Positions 16,864-25,247 of a stretch of 30,547 nt of DNA are shown here, piece by piece (the first letter of the stretch is position 1; the number at the start of each line of letters is the position of its first letter). The position numbers and the translations under genes are program-made. The stretch spans positions 1 through 30,547 of IMG/VR virus record IMGVR_UViG_3300032270_001941. The stretch is one strand, 5' to 3'. Below the pieces are notes generated by a model, which did no database searches, was not told the DNA's origin, and saw only the letters and a program-made list of their open reading frames with translations. Origin of the DNA: a virus (taxonomy: Duplodnaviria; Caudoviricetes).

Positions 16864-18309
16864 TCATGCGACAATGTTATTACATACTGGGGCATCTTTG
16901 TGTAGTGCATTCCACATTAAAACATCGTATTTATCATTAATCAACGGCTGGCCTTTAATGTTTAGGCTTGTATTTAGTAGCACTGGAATACCAGAGTGCT
17001 TTTCCCACTCGATGAGCAGGTCGTATAGCCCTGGATGCTGTGCTCTATTTACTGTTTGAACTCTAGATGTTCCGTCTTCATGAACAACGGATGGTATTAG
17101 ATTTGGTTTTTTGCATTTAATCGCGTACTGCATGTATGGGCTTGGTCTGTCAATGTCAAACCATTTTGATGCTTTTTCTTCTATGACAACTGGGGCAAAT
17201 GGCCTGAACATCTCCCTGCCCTTGATCGTATTCACCAAGTCTTTTACAGATTTGTCACGAGGGTCAGCAAATATGCTTCGGTTGCCAAGTGCCCTTGGGC
17301 CATATTCAGCCCTGCCAGACGCCACTGCTGTAACTTTCCTGTTGCTCAACTCGTACATTGCTGAACTAATTGGATATTTACTCTGGATATCTGTTCCGAT
17401 GTATGGTCCGGTCCAATTTAGATGTTTACCGTAAAGAGCTGCCGCAGCGCCAAGGCTGCTTCCTGCGTCTCCGGGATTTGGCATTATCCATACCTGTTCG
17501 TAGATACCAAGCAATCTGGTGTTTGCGGAACAGTTGAGTGCACACCCACCCATAAATACAAGATTCTTTTTGTTTGATTTCTTTTTTGCAAACGACATAA
17601 ATTCTATTAGTCGCTGTTCGTACACCGCCTGAACAGCTGCAGCAATATCAAACTTATTCTCTTCTGTGACTTTTGGTGCGAATTTTTTTACTCCATAATG
17701 AAAGTTTTCGGTCTGTTTTTTGATTGAAGGGAAAAGCGAAGAGATCTCGCTAAAGTACCTTCCTGGGTTACCGTAAGCAGCCATTCCCATCATGATGTAC
17801 TCTTCCTCGTTCGGTTTGAGTCCAACTAGCTGGGTAAATGCCGTATAGAACAATCCAAAACTAAATGGGTATCCATCAGAGTAGATTTGCTTTAACTTAT
17901 TGCCCTCACCAACCCAGATGCTTGATGTCTCAAATTCCCCAATTGCGTCAAGAACAACAACTACCGCGTCGTCAAAGTTGCTAGTAAAATATCCTGCGCA
18001 AGCATGTGAGTAATGATGCTTGAATGTGGTTATCTTCGAGTTTGAGAACATCTCCTTGACTTCGTCAAATGAAGACCCAAAGCCACCAAAAAAACTTTTT
18101 CTGATTGCCTTCAATGCCGGCTTCTCGTAATAGGCTATCTTTTCCGGTTCCCCAAAAGATAATGCCTCGGAAAGCAAATCATCGTTTATGTTGCTATCGT
18201 TTTTTTTCTTACTGTAACGCTCTGAGTGTCCAGCAAAAAGAATCTCTCCATTTTCAATTACTGACAATGAAGCGTCATGAGAGCAGGAATTAATTCCCAG
18301 TATCAGCAT
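16864..18309 (-). CDS. Carbamoyltransferase, NodU/CmcH/TobZ family
   Basis: HDAS...ERYS..K, HH.SHA...YF.S.F, DAIGE, EY..MGMAAYG, GGCALN, P.PGDAGSSLGAA, EYGPRALGNRSI.ADPR, K.RE.FRPFAP, H.DGTSRVQTV, LLNTSLN..GQP. Confidence 0.95.
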   Translation of the reverse strand: MLILGINSCSHDASLSVIENGEILFAGHSERYSKKKNDSNINDDLLSEALSFGEPEKIAYYEKPALKAIRKSFFGGFGSSFDEVKEMFSNSKITTFKHHYSHACAGYFTSNFDDAVVVVLDAIGEFETSSIWVGEGNKLKQIYSDGYPFSFGLFYTAFTQLVGLKPNEEEYIMMGMAAYGNPGRYFSEISSLFPSIKKQTENFHYGVKKFAPKVTEENKFDIAAAVQAVYEQRLIEFMSFAKKKSNKKNLVFMGGCALNCSANTRLLGIYEQVWIMPNPGDAGSSLGAAAALYGKHLNWTGPYIGTDIQSKYPISSAMYELSNRKVTAVASGRAEYGPRALGNRSIFADPRDKSVKDLVNTIKGREMFRPFAPVVIEEKASKWFDIDRPSPYMQYAIKCKKPNLIPSVVHEDGTSRVQTVNRAQHPGLYDLLIEWEKHSGIPVLLNTSLNIKGQPLINDKYDVLMWNALHKDAPVCNNIVA

Positions 18310-18976
18310 GTTGTGTCTTTGGTGTAAAGAATGCTTGCATCATGTACCTTGATCCAGATGTAACAGGATTTATTCCATGGATCATTTCTTCGTCCCAAAC
18401 GTTGCTTAAAAGGATTAGAGAGTTTGGCATTGGCTTGTACTGCAGGCCGAGAGCTGGAAATATATTTTCCCCACCTTCGTAATCATCGTTGAGATAATAG
18501 ACGGATGCGTAGTGCGTGAAAGCTCCTGGTGTTTCCATAAAAACACCGTCACAGTGAAGATGCATACTCCCGCCAGTATTTATCTTTGTTATGGCATTTC
18601 CAAACTCGTAAATTACTTCTTCATTCCAAACATCTTTAACTGCATCAACCGTCATGTCCATGCACTTAGAAACAATTCCATTTATGTACTCGTCATCTGG
18701 CCAGAACACCCAGAAACCAAGAGCTTCTGTTGGCGGATAACCAATCTGCTCAATTTCGCCAGATTCTATTTTTCTTACTTCTTCGTCTGAAAGTATGTAA
18801 TTTTTTCTGTACTTTACACCTTTAAGTCTGGTGTGCTCATAGTCCCTCCACCGCAATCCATGATTGGTTGGAAATGGTTTGAATTGTGAATCATTTGCAA
18901 GCGCACAAGACTTTAGTGCTTCCCATTCATCTGTTGGGAGAAAGTCTTTATAAATCATTATTCTTGGTGTTGTCAT
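18290..18976 (-). CDS. Prolyl-4-hydroxylase-like Fe(II)/2OG oxygenase
   Basis: HCD...YYLNDDYEGGE..FP...HGINPVTSGSRY; ATG 18976 follows GGAG and the upstream stop. Confidence 0.85.
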   Translation of the reverse strand: MTTPRIMIYKDFLPTDEWEALKSCALANDSQFKPFPTNHGLRWRDYEHTRLKGVKYRKNYILSDEEVRKIESGEIEQIGYPPTEALGFWVFWPDDEYINGIVSKCMDMTVDAVKDVWNEEVIYEFGNAITKINTGGSMHLHCDGVFMETPGAFTHYASVYYLNDDYEGGENIFPALGLQYKPMPNSLILLSNVWDEEMIHGINPVTSGSRYMMQAFFTPKTQHADTGN

Positions 18977-18977
18977 G

Positions 18978-19643
18978 TCACTCCATAAAACTTTCAACTG
19001 TATAAAATGCTGGAGAAGTAAACCGTTCTCCAGCAGTAACCATTTTTACTCCATGCAGATAATTAATATCTCCAGGATGAAGAACGGCTAGACCTGGCTC
19101 TGGCTTTATAACGATGTCGTGCTCGGGGTAATAAAGTTCGCCGCCTTGAAAATCATCGTTGTAATAGAAAAGCGAATTGATGTCATAGTCGATAAACGGG
19201 TTCGGTGATCCATCAGGCATTTGTTTATCAGCATGAGGGCGTTGCTCTATCCCTGGAAACCATCTAATCAAACATGGTGGACGTTTGCTGAGTTTGCATT
19301 TGAAAACTTCACCAGCGGCAACAGCCATTTTGTCTATGTAAAAGTCAATTAAATCGTATATTTGCGGATCAAGTCTTTTTATTATGTCGTGAGTACATTG
19401 CCTGTTGTTCCAATATGAAGCATCGTAAGTGCAGGTTCCGTCTTCTGCATATTCGTTTTCATCTTTTTGGTTTGCCCACTCAGTGATGTTTCTTGCAAAT
19501 TTAACTATTCTTGCAACATCATCTTTTTCAATGAAGTTCTTATATACGCGTATATTCCAGGCGGTAGTTCCAAATGTCCCAGGTGGCACTGGCCATGGTG
19601 ATTCGTTACTCGATAACATAGAGGAATCCATTTTGCTCTTCAC
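18978..19643 (-). CDS. Prolyl-4-hydroxylase-like Fe(II)/2OG oxygenase
   Basis: HAD...YYNDDFQGGELYYP...HGVKMVTAGERF; start could be 19631 instead. Confidence 0.85.
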   Translation of the reverse strand: MKSKMDSSMLSSNESPWPVPPGTFGTTAWNIRVYKNFIEKDDVARIVKFARNITEWANQKDENEYAEDGTCTYDASYWNNRQCTHDIIKRLDPQIYDLIDFYIDKMAVAAGEVFKCKLSKRPPCLIRWFPGIEQRPHADKQMPDGSPNPFIDYDINSLFYYNDDFQGGELYYPEHDIVIKPEPGLAVLHPGDINYLHGVKMVTAGERFTSPAFYTVESFME

Positions 19644-20340
19644 AAATATTTTTCAGAATGTTTACGTCTTCACTCAAAAGAGAGTTTTCCGTAAAATGGC
19701 CAACCAGGGCATGCCTTGTGGTCTGTTCATTTTTTGGTACTGAGCCGCTATGAACGGCAAGACCATTCCAGATTATTGCGTCACCAGCTTTGCCCTCAAA
19801 TAGAAATGATTCTATTGATTTTTTATCAACCATATCGAGATAGTACTCGTAGCAGACCTTGTCGTTTTCTTTGCAATTTTCATTATTAATTATCGACTCG
19901 TCTACCTGCCATTTGTGTGACCCAGGAATAACTTCGAAAGGTCCGGCGTCATGATCAACATCTTCAAGACAGACTGATATGCCAATAAAATTATTTGGAT
20001 TTTGGGGGTTTTGTGTGTACGGCCCAAAATAGTCTCTATGCCACGGAATTCTTGATGAGGAGTATCTAGCTTCTGACAGTCGTAATGCGTATCTAATCCC
20101 TGTAAGTTTAAGAAAGTCCCTAAAGGTACTACAAAGAAGAATGTTTCTAATCTCAATATTGTTTTTGTATTCTTGTCGACTTGGAAGGTACGTTCTGTCC
20201 GGTGAGTCGCCTAGAAAATCTTCTTTTGAATATTTATTTTTGTATTTTTCTATTAAGTCTTCTGATACAGCAGCGCTGAGTACAACAAATCCATTTTCTA
20301 TAAATTCTTCATATTGTTGCGCAAGAACGGATTCGCCCAT
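19606..20340 (-). CDS. PhyH (phytanoyl-CoA dioxygenase)-family Fe(II)/2OG oxygenase
   Basis: PWHRD...LEDV...GPFEVIPGSH...KAGDAIIW.G...HSG...R. Confidence 0.88.
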   Translation of the reverse strand: MGESVLAQQYEEFIENGFVVLSAAVSEDLIEKYKNKYSKEDFLGDSPDRTYLPSRQEYKNNIEIRNILLCSTFRDFLKLTGIRYALRLSEARYSSSRIPWHRDYFGPYTQNPQNPNNFIGISVCLEDVDHDAGPFEVIPGSHKWQVDESIINNENCKENDKVCYEYYLDMVDKKSIESFLFEGKAGDAIIWNGLAVHSGSVPKNEQTTRHALVGHFTENSLLSEDVNILKNICEEQNGFLYVIE

Positions 20341-20346
20341 GCGCGA

Positions 20347-20352
20347 ATACTA
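20347..20352 (-). promoter_or_regulatory. Putative -10 element overlapping the upstream stop codon, leaderless
   Basis: TAGTAT, 6 nt, ATG 20340; no SD. Confidence 0.45.
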
Positions 20353-21384
20353 CTTGAACCTAGGAGGGAAGAACGGTGGGAAGAACGGTGGAAAGAATGG
20401 AGGGAAGAATGGCGGGAAGAACGGCGGGAAATAAGGAGGGAAGAATGGAGGGAAGAACGGCGGAAAGTAAGGAGGAAAGAACGGTGGGAAAAATGGCGGA
20501 AAATAAGGTGGGAAAAACGGCGGGAAGAATGGTGGGAAATACGGAGGAGCAACAGGAGTTACTGAGTTTGACGCCACAGAAGTTTGAGAACCATAGACAG
20601 AAGACGCCCTTACGGTGAATGTGTAGGCGGTGCCATTAGAAAGGCCTGTAACGGTGATAGGAGACGCTCCAGAGGCTTGAATGTTCCCTGGCGATGAAAT
20701 GGCCGTATAAGTAACTGAACCGGTTCCTGTGGCTCCTGCGGTGTACGTGACGGTAGCTTGAGCATTTCCGCCAGTCGCGGTTCCGATCGTTGGGGCTGCA
20801 GGTCGCGTTCCAGCTGTTACCGAGTTTGAAGACGCAGATGTTGCTTCTCCAAAAATAGTTGAAGCCTTGACAGTAAATGTATAAGCCTGACCAGCAGTGA
20901 GACCAGTTGCCGTAATAGGACTAGTTCCAGTGAAAGTCAATGAACCAGGCGTAGAGGTCGCTGTATAAGTAACGGTCGGGCTTGTTCCTGTTGGTCCAGG
21001 TGTAAAAGGTACGCTAATGGCATTGTTGGTATCCACAACAATTGCTGCAGTTCCTATTGTTGGCGCGGTTGGACCAGCACCCATTACGAGTTCTGCGCTC
21101 ACACCAGAAACAGCTTCAACTCCACTTGAAGAAACTGCAAAAACCCTAAAGGTTCTTGTTGTCCCTTGGGTCATTCCGCTTACAACAATTGGACTGCTAT
21201 TTCCTGTTGCGAACTGACCAGTGTCAGACTCGGCTCTGTAGGAAACAGTTCCTTTTCCGGCATAAGAGCCGGGGGTGAAGTAGACGCTTGCAGATGTTCC
21301 GGTTGCAAGCAGTGGGGTACCAATCGTTGGCGCAGACGGTTCTTTTCCGCCAGAGTCGATTTGATTGTTGCTTGAAACGGCCAT
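20350..21384 (-). CDS. Triple-FN3 protein with (PPFF/PPYF)n C-terminal tail; putative virion appendage tip
   Basis: Three P.APTIGT...V.FT...Y.A.S......SPI...GL..G..YTF.V.A modules, then 16 PPxF units and a terminal Lys. Confidence 0.88.
   Translation of the reverse strand: MAVSSNNQIDSGGKEPSAPTIGTPLLATGTSASVYFTPGSYAGKGTVSYRAESDTGQFATGNSSPIVVSGMTQGTTRTFRVFAVSSSGVEAVSGVSAELVMGAGPTAPTIGTAAIVVDTNNAISVPFTPGPTGTSPTVTYTATSTPGSLTFTGTSPITATGLTAGQAYTFTVKASTIFGEATSASSNSVTAGTRPAAPTIGTATGGNAQATVTYTAGATGTGSVTYTAISSPGNIQASGASPITVTGLSNGTAYTFTVRASSVYGSQTSVASNSVTPVAPPYFPPFFPPFFPPYFPPFFPPFFPPYFPPFFPPFFPPYFPPFFPPFFPPFFPPFFPPFFPPRFK
20356..20547 (-). repeat. 12-bp coding repeat, PPxF x16, with 36-bp superperiod
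   Basis: (PPYF-PPFF-PPFF)x4, (PPFF)x3, PPRF; synonymous codons vary between units. Confidence 0.95.
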
Positions 21385-21387
21385 AAT

Positions 21388-22167
21388 TTATGAAGCTGAA
21401 AGGTCTCCCATTACCACCCATGTATCTGATGCTCTTTTAAGAAGAGTAACACCTGACCACTGGGCTCGCATGTAGACACCAGGGGTTGCGTTTACAGTCA
21501 CTCCACCGCCAGCGAGAATTCTTGTTTTCCCTGTTCCAACTTGTAGAACTTGAATTTGCGTTCCAACCGGGAAAGCAACAACAGAGTTGGCTGGAACTGT
21601 CAAGTCGTTTGCAGAGCCGACATTCATTTCAATAATCTTATTTTTGTCAGCCAATACAAGTGTGTAACTTGCCGTCTGAGCATTTGTGATTATGTCAGCA
21701 ATTTTTCCTTGAGCAATATTAGCCGTAGAACTGATATCTCCATCAACAATTGTGGAGTCAGCAATCATCGATGATGTGACCGTCCCTGAGTCATCAAGAG
21801 TGACTGCAGTACCGGCAATTTTAGTTTTTGCAATTGCTGCTGAAGCATTTATGTCAGCATTAACAATCACCCCAGATGCGATAGATGTAACACCGGTGTT
21901 ACTTATCGTCACATCTCCAGTTTGATCTACTGCTGTTGCGATGCCAGAACTATTAAATACAATTATCTGTCCGGCAGCAGCTGGATATATTTTTGACAAT
22001 CCAACCGTTCCGTCAACAAGAGAAGAACCACTTATCGAGTCTGCTGTATACATTGCTGTTGGAATGGTTACAAGAACCCAACCAGAGCCGTTGTATGTCC
22101 ATGTCTTTCCTGCACTTACGTGCTGGTCTCCGGATAGCGCTCCTGATGGAAAGTCAATTGCTGGCAT
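21388..22167 (-). CDS. Short fibre/adapter virion protein
   Basis: N-terminal FP...G....GKTWTYNG..W motif; IV.ADI...A.IA..KI shaft repeats; C-terminal YTL...D...TVP....AF..GT.I...Q.G.G...W...GDL domain. Confidence 0.75.
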   Translation of the reverse strand: MPAIDFPSGALSGDQHVSAGKTWTYNGSGWVLVTIPTAMYTADSISGSSLVDGTVGLSKIYPAAAGQIIVFNSSGIATAVDQTGDVTISNTGVTSIASGVIVNADINASAAIAKTKIAGTAVTLDDSGTVTSSMIADSTIVDGDISSTANIAQGKIADIITNAQTASYTLVLADKNKIIEMNVGSANDLTVPANSVVAFPVGTQIQVLQVGTGKTRILAGGGVTVNATPGVYMRAQWSGVTLLKRASDTWVVMGDLSAS

Positions 22168-22169
22168 GA

Positions 22170-24926
22170 TTAAGCCTGTGCTTCAGTCCATGAAAGACGA
22201 GCAAACACTGTTGCCGAAGAGGCACCAAGGTTACGCACCATAATATGGATGACGTCTGGACCGTCTGGGTAGATGCCGGCAGTTGTTGTTGTTCCACCGC
22301 CACCAAGAATTGAGTTACCAAGATCTCGAACTGCTGCAAGGTCAATTGAGTTGGCACCAGTTCCGACGAAGAAACCTCCAGTGACTTCACCACCAGTAAT
22401 CGTTGTTGTTGTACCGCCGTAGTCAGCAACCTGAGCAAGTGACGAAGTTACTGTGAACGGCTTAGACCATGTTTGCGATGTTGACGGCACACCGTTAAGA
22501 ACAGCCGTAATCAGCAAGTTTGCTGAAGCTGTAGTAGTGGTAACGTCCAGTGCTCTCAATACCAATTGCATTCTGTTGATAAGTTCACGTGCACCAAATG
22601 CTGCAGAAGTTCCGTTGTCTGCAGAAGGAGAAACTCTGATTGCAAGCATGGCGTTAGTGGCACCGGCGGCTACAGACACGGATGTTGTAGAACCGTAAGT
22701 GAACACGAGCGACTTATCATCGTCGTAACGGCCGTCCATGATTGCTGAAGTACCCCAGTGAGAAATGGATGGTGCATAAGTTGGAAATGCAAGTTCAACA
22801 CCAATTGGGTTGGTTGCCGAGTAGGTCCAAGCAATCGGACCACTTGTTCCCATTGGTATTACGTTTACTGTTGGGTTGGCTCCAGTAACAGCAGCACTCA
22901 GCTTAATGTTTAATCCGCTGATTTGCTGGATAAACGTTCCGTCTGGAACATCTGTTCCGTTAACTCTTTGTCCAACCTGAAGACCAGAAGCGGAAACAAC
23001 AGTTCCATCGTTGGAGCCGGCAGCAATCGTCAATGCAAGTGATGCATTTCCTGTCTGCTGTCTAGTCAAACCAGTGAATGTTGTCGCTGTTTTGCCAGTG
23101 TAGTTTACGTACTCCCAGCCATGAGTCTGATTGAAGCAAGCAAGCGTTCCCGAGTTAGGGAATCCAGTCGTGCTACTCACGTTCATCGTTGTTCCGTTGT
23201 TTGCAAGCGATTGCGACATGTAAGTAAACGGTGGCTGAGCTGTAGTCTCATATCTCGCAGGAAGGTTTCCTGAACGCATGTACGCTTCAGAGTTTGTGTT
23301 GTTGTTAACAATCTTGTGGCAGTAAGTTACTTTTCCATTGGTTGCACGCATTCCCCATCGAATTGAGCCAGCACCGTACCAGGAGTAGTCAATGTAGAAC
23401 ATTTGCATCTTTGACAGGTCAACGTTGTATCCAGAAGGTCCAGTTCCGTCAAACTTGTCAAGATTCCATTCAGACTGCGCGTATCTCTCGTCTACGGTTC
23501 TAGAGCAGATTACATAGTCTGTTGTTGCACCACGATACGCAGGGCTGATGGTCATTGATGTATCGCTTGCAATGTCCGTAATTCTGTAAGATGCTCCACG
23601 AAGAACGATTCTGTCCCCAATGGAAAGTTGTTTTGAAAACCTTGTTGGGAATGCCGCGTTTGTTTGCGAAACAGTGCAAGAACCAAATGTTGCAGTAACT
23701 TTTCCAGAAATCTGGAATGTTGATGATCTCTTAACTACCCAAAGTGTCTGTCCGTCAAACTCAAAGAACACTCCGTTTTGGTCATCAAACAAACCAATTC
23801 GGTTTTCGTTTCCATACCAACCAGTTACGGTGATGTAGTAGGGACCAGAAGCGGTTGCTGCCGATGGAGTAGTAGCTGGTGTGTATGTGAAAGTATTGTA
23901 GCCAGTAATCGTATAAACAGAGAACGTTCCGTTGTAACCGGTTTCGGTTGCACCGTAAGTCACAATTACCGAACCTGGGTAGAGGTTGTGTTTTTCTTTA
24001 GTCTGAACAGTTACCAGACCGGTTCCAGCAGAGTATGTCAGCGAGTCAACTTGAAGAGCTGGCTTAAGCAAAGTTCCAGATGACATCTGAATACCCTTGC
24101 CTGACTGGTAACGGAAGTAACGACGGGTTTGGCGAATAGCGGTCTCGTAGTTTGATGTTCCGTTGTTTGTGAAGATAACGCCACCATCAAATGGTCTATG
24201 TAAAAACTGTCCTGATGGAACAACATAAACTGCAGCAGAAGAAGCGGTCAGTGTTCCTGTTGGTGTTGCTGGAACATAAACAACAAATTGTGTTGCACTT
24301 ATAATTCTTGCAACAAAGTTTGAACCGTTTGGAGGGTTGGTACCTGAAGTCGTAATACCCGTAAGCGCAACTTCGTTACCAATTGACAATCCATGAGGAA
24401 TTGTTGTAGTAACGGTTACTGCGTTTCCTGTATAAGAGACAGTTGGTGCTCCACCAATTGCAGCCCCAGTATAAAGTGCACCGGTAAAGATAACAGTCTT
24501 GTTAGCATCAAGAATTGATGTAACCGAGCCAGTGTTTACAGCCTTACCCGTGTAGGTGAAAGAAGTGTTTGACGTAACCGACTCAACAAGGTAGTTCCCG
24601 TTTGCAATAGCAAGATAGGTGTCTCTTACGGAGATTGGCGTACCAACTGCAATACCTGCAGTGCTTGGGAGCGATACGGTAACCGTTCTTGACGACGTGC
24701 TCATCGTAATTGCCGTGATTCCGGTAACTGGTGATGCTAAGTCGTACACGAACGGACGAGCACCAACATTTATCATGTTTTCCCATTTGGAAATCTGGGT
24801 ACCATATTCAAAGTCAGTGTCAATCAACGCCTGTGGAGACGAGATGCGCAGCTTTTGGACTGGGTCAATCAACACCTCTTCAGGTGTTATTGGTGTCAGA
24901 CCTGCAGGGATTTGATTGGCTGCCAT
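22170..24926 (-). CDS. Large virion structural protein (918 aa)
   Basis: T/G/S-rich beta protein with VTVTT..PHGL..G modules and QTRRYFRYQSGKG, WNLD..DGTGPSG, IDYSWYGAG motifs recalled from large-phage structural proteins. Confidence 0.7.
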   Translation of the reverse strand: MAANQIPAGLTPITPEEVLIDPVQKLRISSPQALIDTDFEYGTQISKWENMINVGARPFVYDLASPVTGITAITMSTSSRTVTVSLPSTAGIAVGTPISVRDTYLAIANGNYLVESVTSNTSFTYTGKAVNTGSVTSILDANKTVIFTGALYTGAAIGGAPTVSYTGNAVTVTTTIPHGLSIGNEVALTGITTSGTNPPNGSNFVARIISATQFVVYVPATPTGTLTASSAAVYVVPSGQFLHRPFDGGVIFTNNGTSNYETAIRQTRRYFRYQSGKGIQMSSGTLLKPALQVDSLTYSAGTGLVTVQTKEKHNLYPGSVIVTYGATETGYNGTFSVYTITGYNTFTYTPATTPSAATASGPYYITVTGWYGNENRIGLFDDQNGVFFEFDGQTLWVVKRSSTFQISGKVTATFGSCTVSQTNAAFPTRFSKQLSIGDRIVLRGASYRITDIASDTSMTISPAYRGATTDYVICSRTVDERYAQSEWNLDKFDGTGPSGYNVDLSKMQMFYIDYSWYGAGSIRWGMRATNGKVTYCHKIVNNNTNSEAYMRSGNLPARYETTAQPPFTYMSQSLANNGTTMNVSSTTGFPNSGTLACFNQTHGWEYVNYTGKTATTFTGLTRQQTGNASLALTIAAGSNDGTVVSASGLQVGQRVNGTDVPDGTFIQQISGLNIKLSAAVTGANPTVNVIPMGTSGPIAWTYSATNPIGVELAFPTYAPSISHWGTSAIMDGRYDDDKSLVFTYGSTTSVSVAAGATNAMLAIRVSPSADNGTSAAFGARELINRMQLVLRALDVTTTTASANLLITAVLNGVPSTSQTWSKPFTVTSSLAQVADYGGTTTTITGGEVTGGFFVGTGANSIDLAAVRDLGNSILGGGGTTTTAGIYPDGPDVIHIMVRNLGASSATVFARLSWTEAQA

Positions 24927-25231
24927 TATGCAATCTCCATTCCACTGATGTGGAAGCTAATAGAAGTGGCGTTTGCACCACCCTTAATTGTTTTCGTTGT
25001 AGCTAAAACTTGTTTAATGTCAAAGGTAAGAATACCTTTTGCTGGCACTACTACTGCTGACGCAAATGGAACGTCATCTAGGGACAGGGTGAAAGTTCCA
25101 TCCGTTGCAGCAGTATTTGTAACAATTATGTTGGTAATAATCGTCGTAGTCGAGGACGGCACTGTGTAAAGAGTCGTGCTAGTAGTTGTAGTTGCTGCAC
25201 CTCTAAATAGTGCTTTAGCTGAGTTAGCCAT
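24926..25231 (-). CDS. Small beta-sandwich virion protein
   Basis: TLYTVP..TT.II.NI.V.N...ISG.EI pattern, common next to phage fibre genes; GGAG RBS; TAATG coupling to the next gene. Confidence 0.7.
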   Translation of the reverse strand: MANSAKALFRGAATTTTSTTLYTVPSSTTTIITNIIVTNTAATDGTFTLSLDDVPFASAVVVPAKGILTFDIKQVLATTKTIKGGANATSISFHISGMEIA

Positions 25232-25247
25232 TGATCGCTCCAGTCAT

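Noticed and set aside
3332-20340. DNA hypermodification cluster (TET/JBP or AlkB-type oxygenases)
   Set aside because: Motifs are P4H/PhyH-like and no nucleotide kinase, hydroxymethylase or DNA glycosyltransferase was recognised. Disfavoured rather than excluded, given the carbamoyltransferase.
20298-20618. ORFs with REEW, GRMEG, KNGG or SSRR repeats (20141..20434, 20298..20552, 20314..20565, 20376..20618)
   Set aside because: Antisense or alternative-frame shadows of the PPFF repeat; third-position variation is synonymous only in the PPFF frame.
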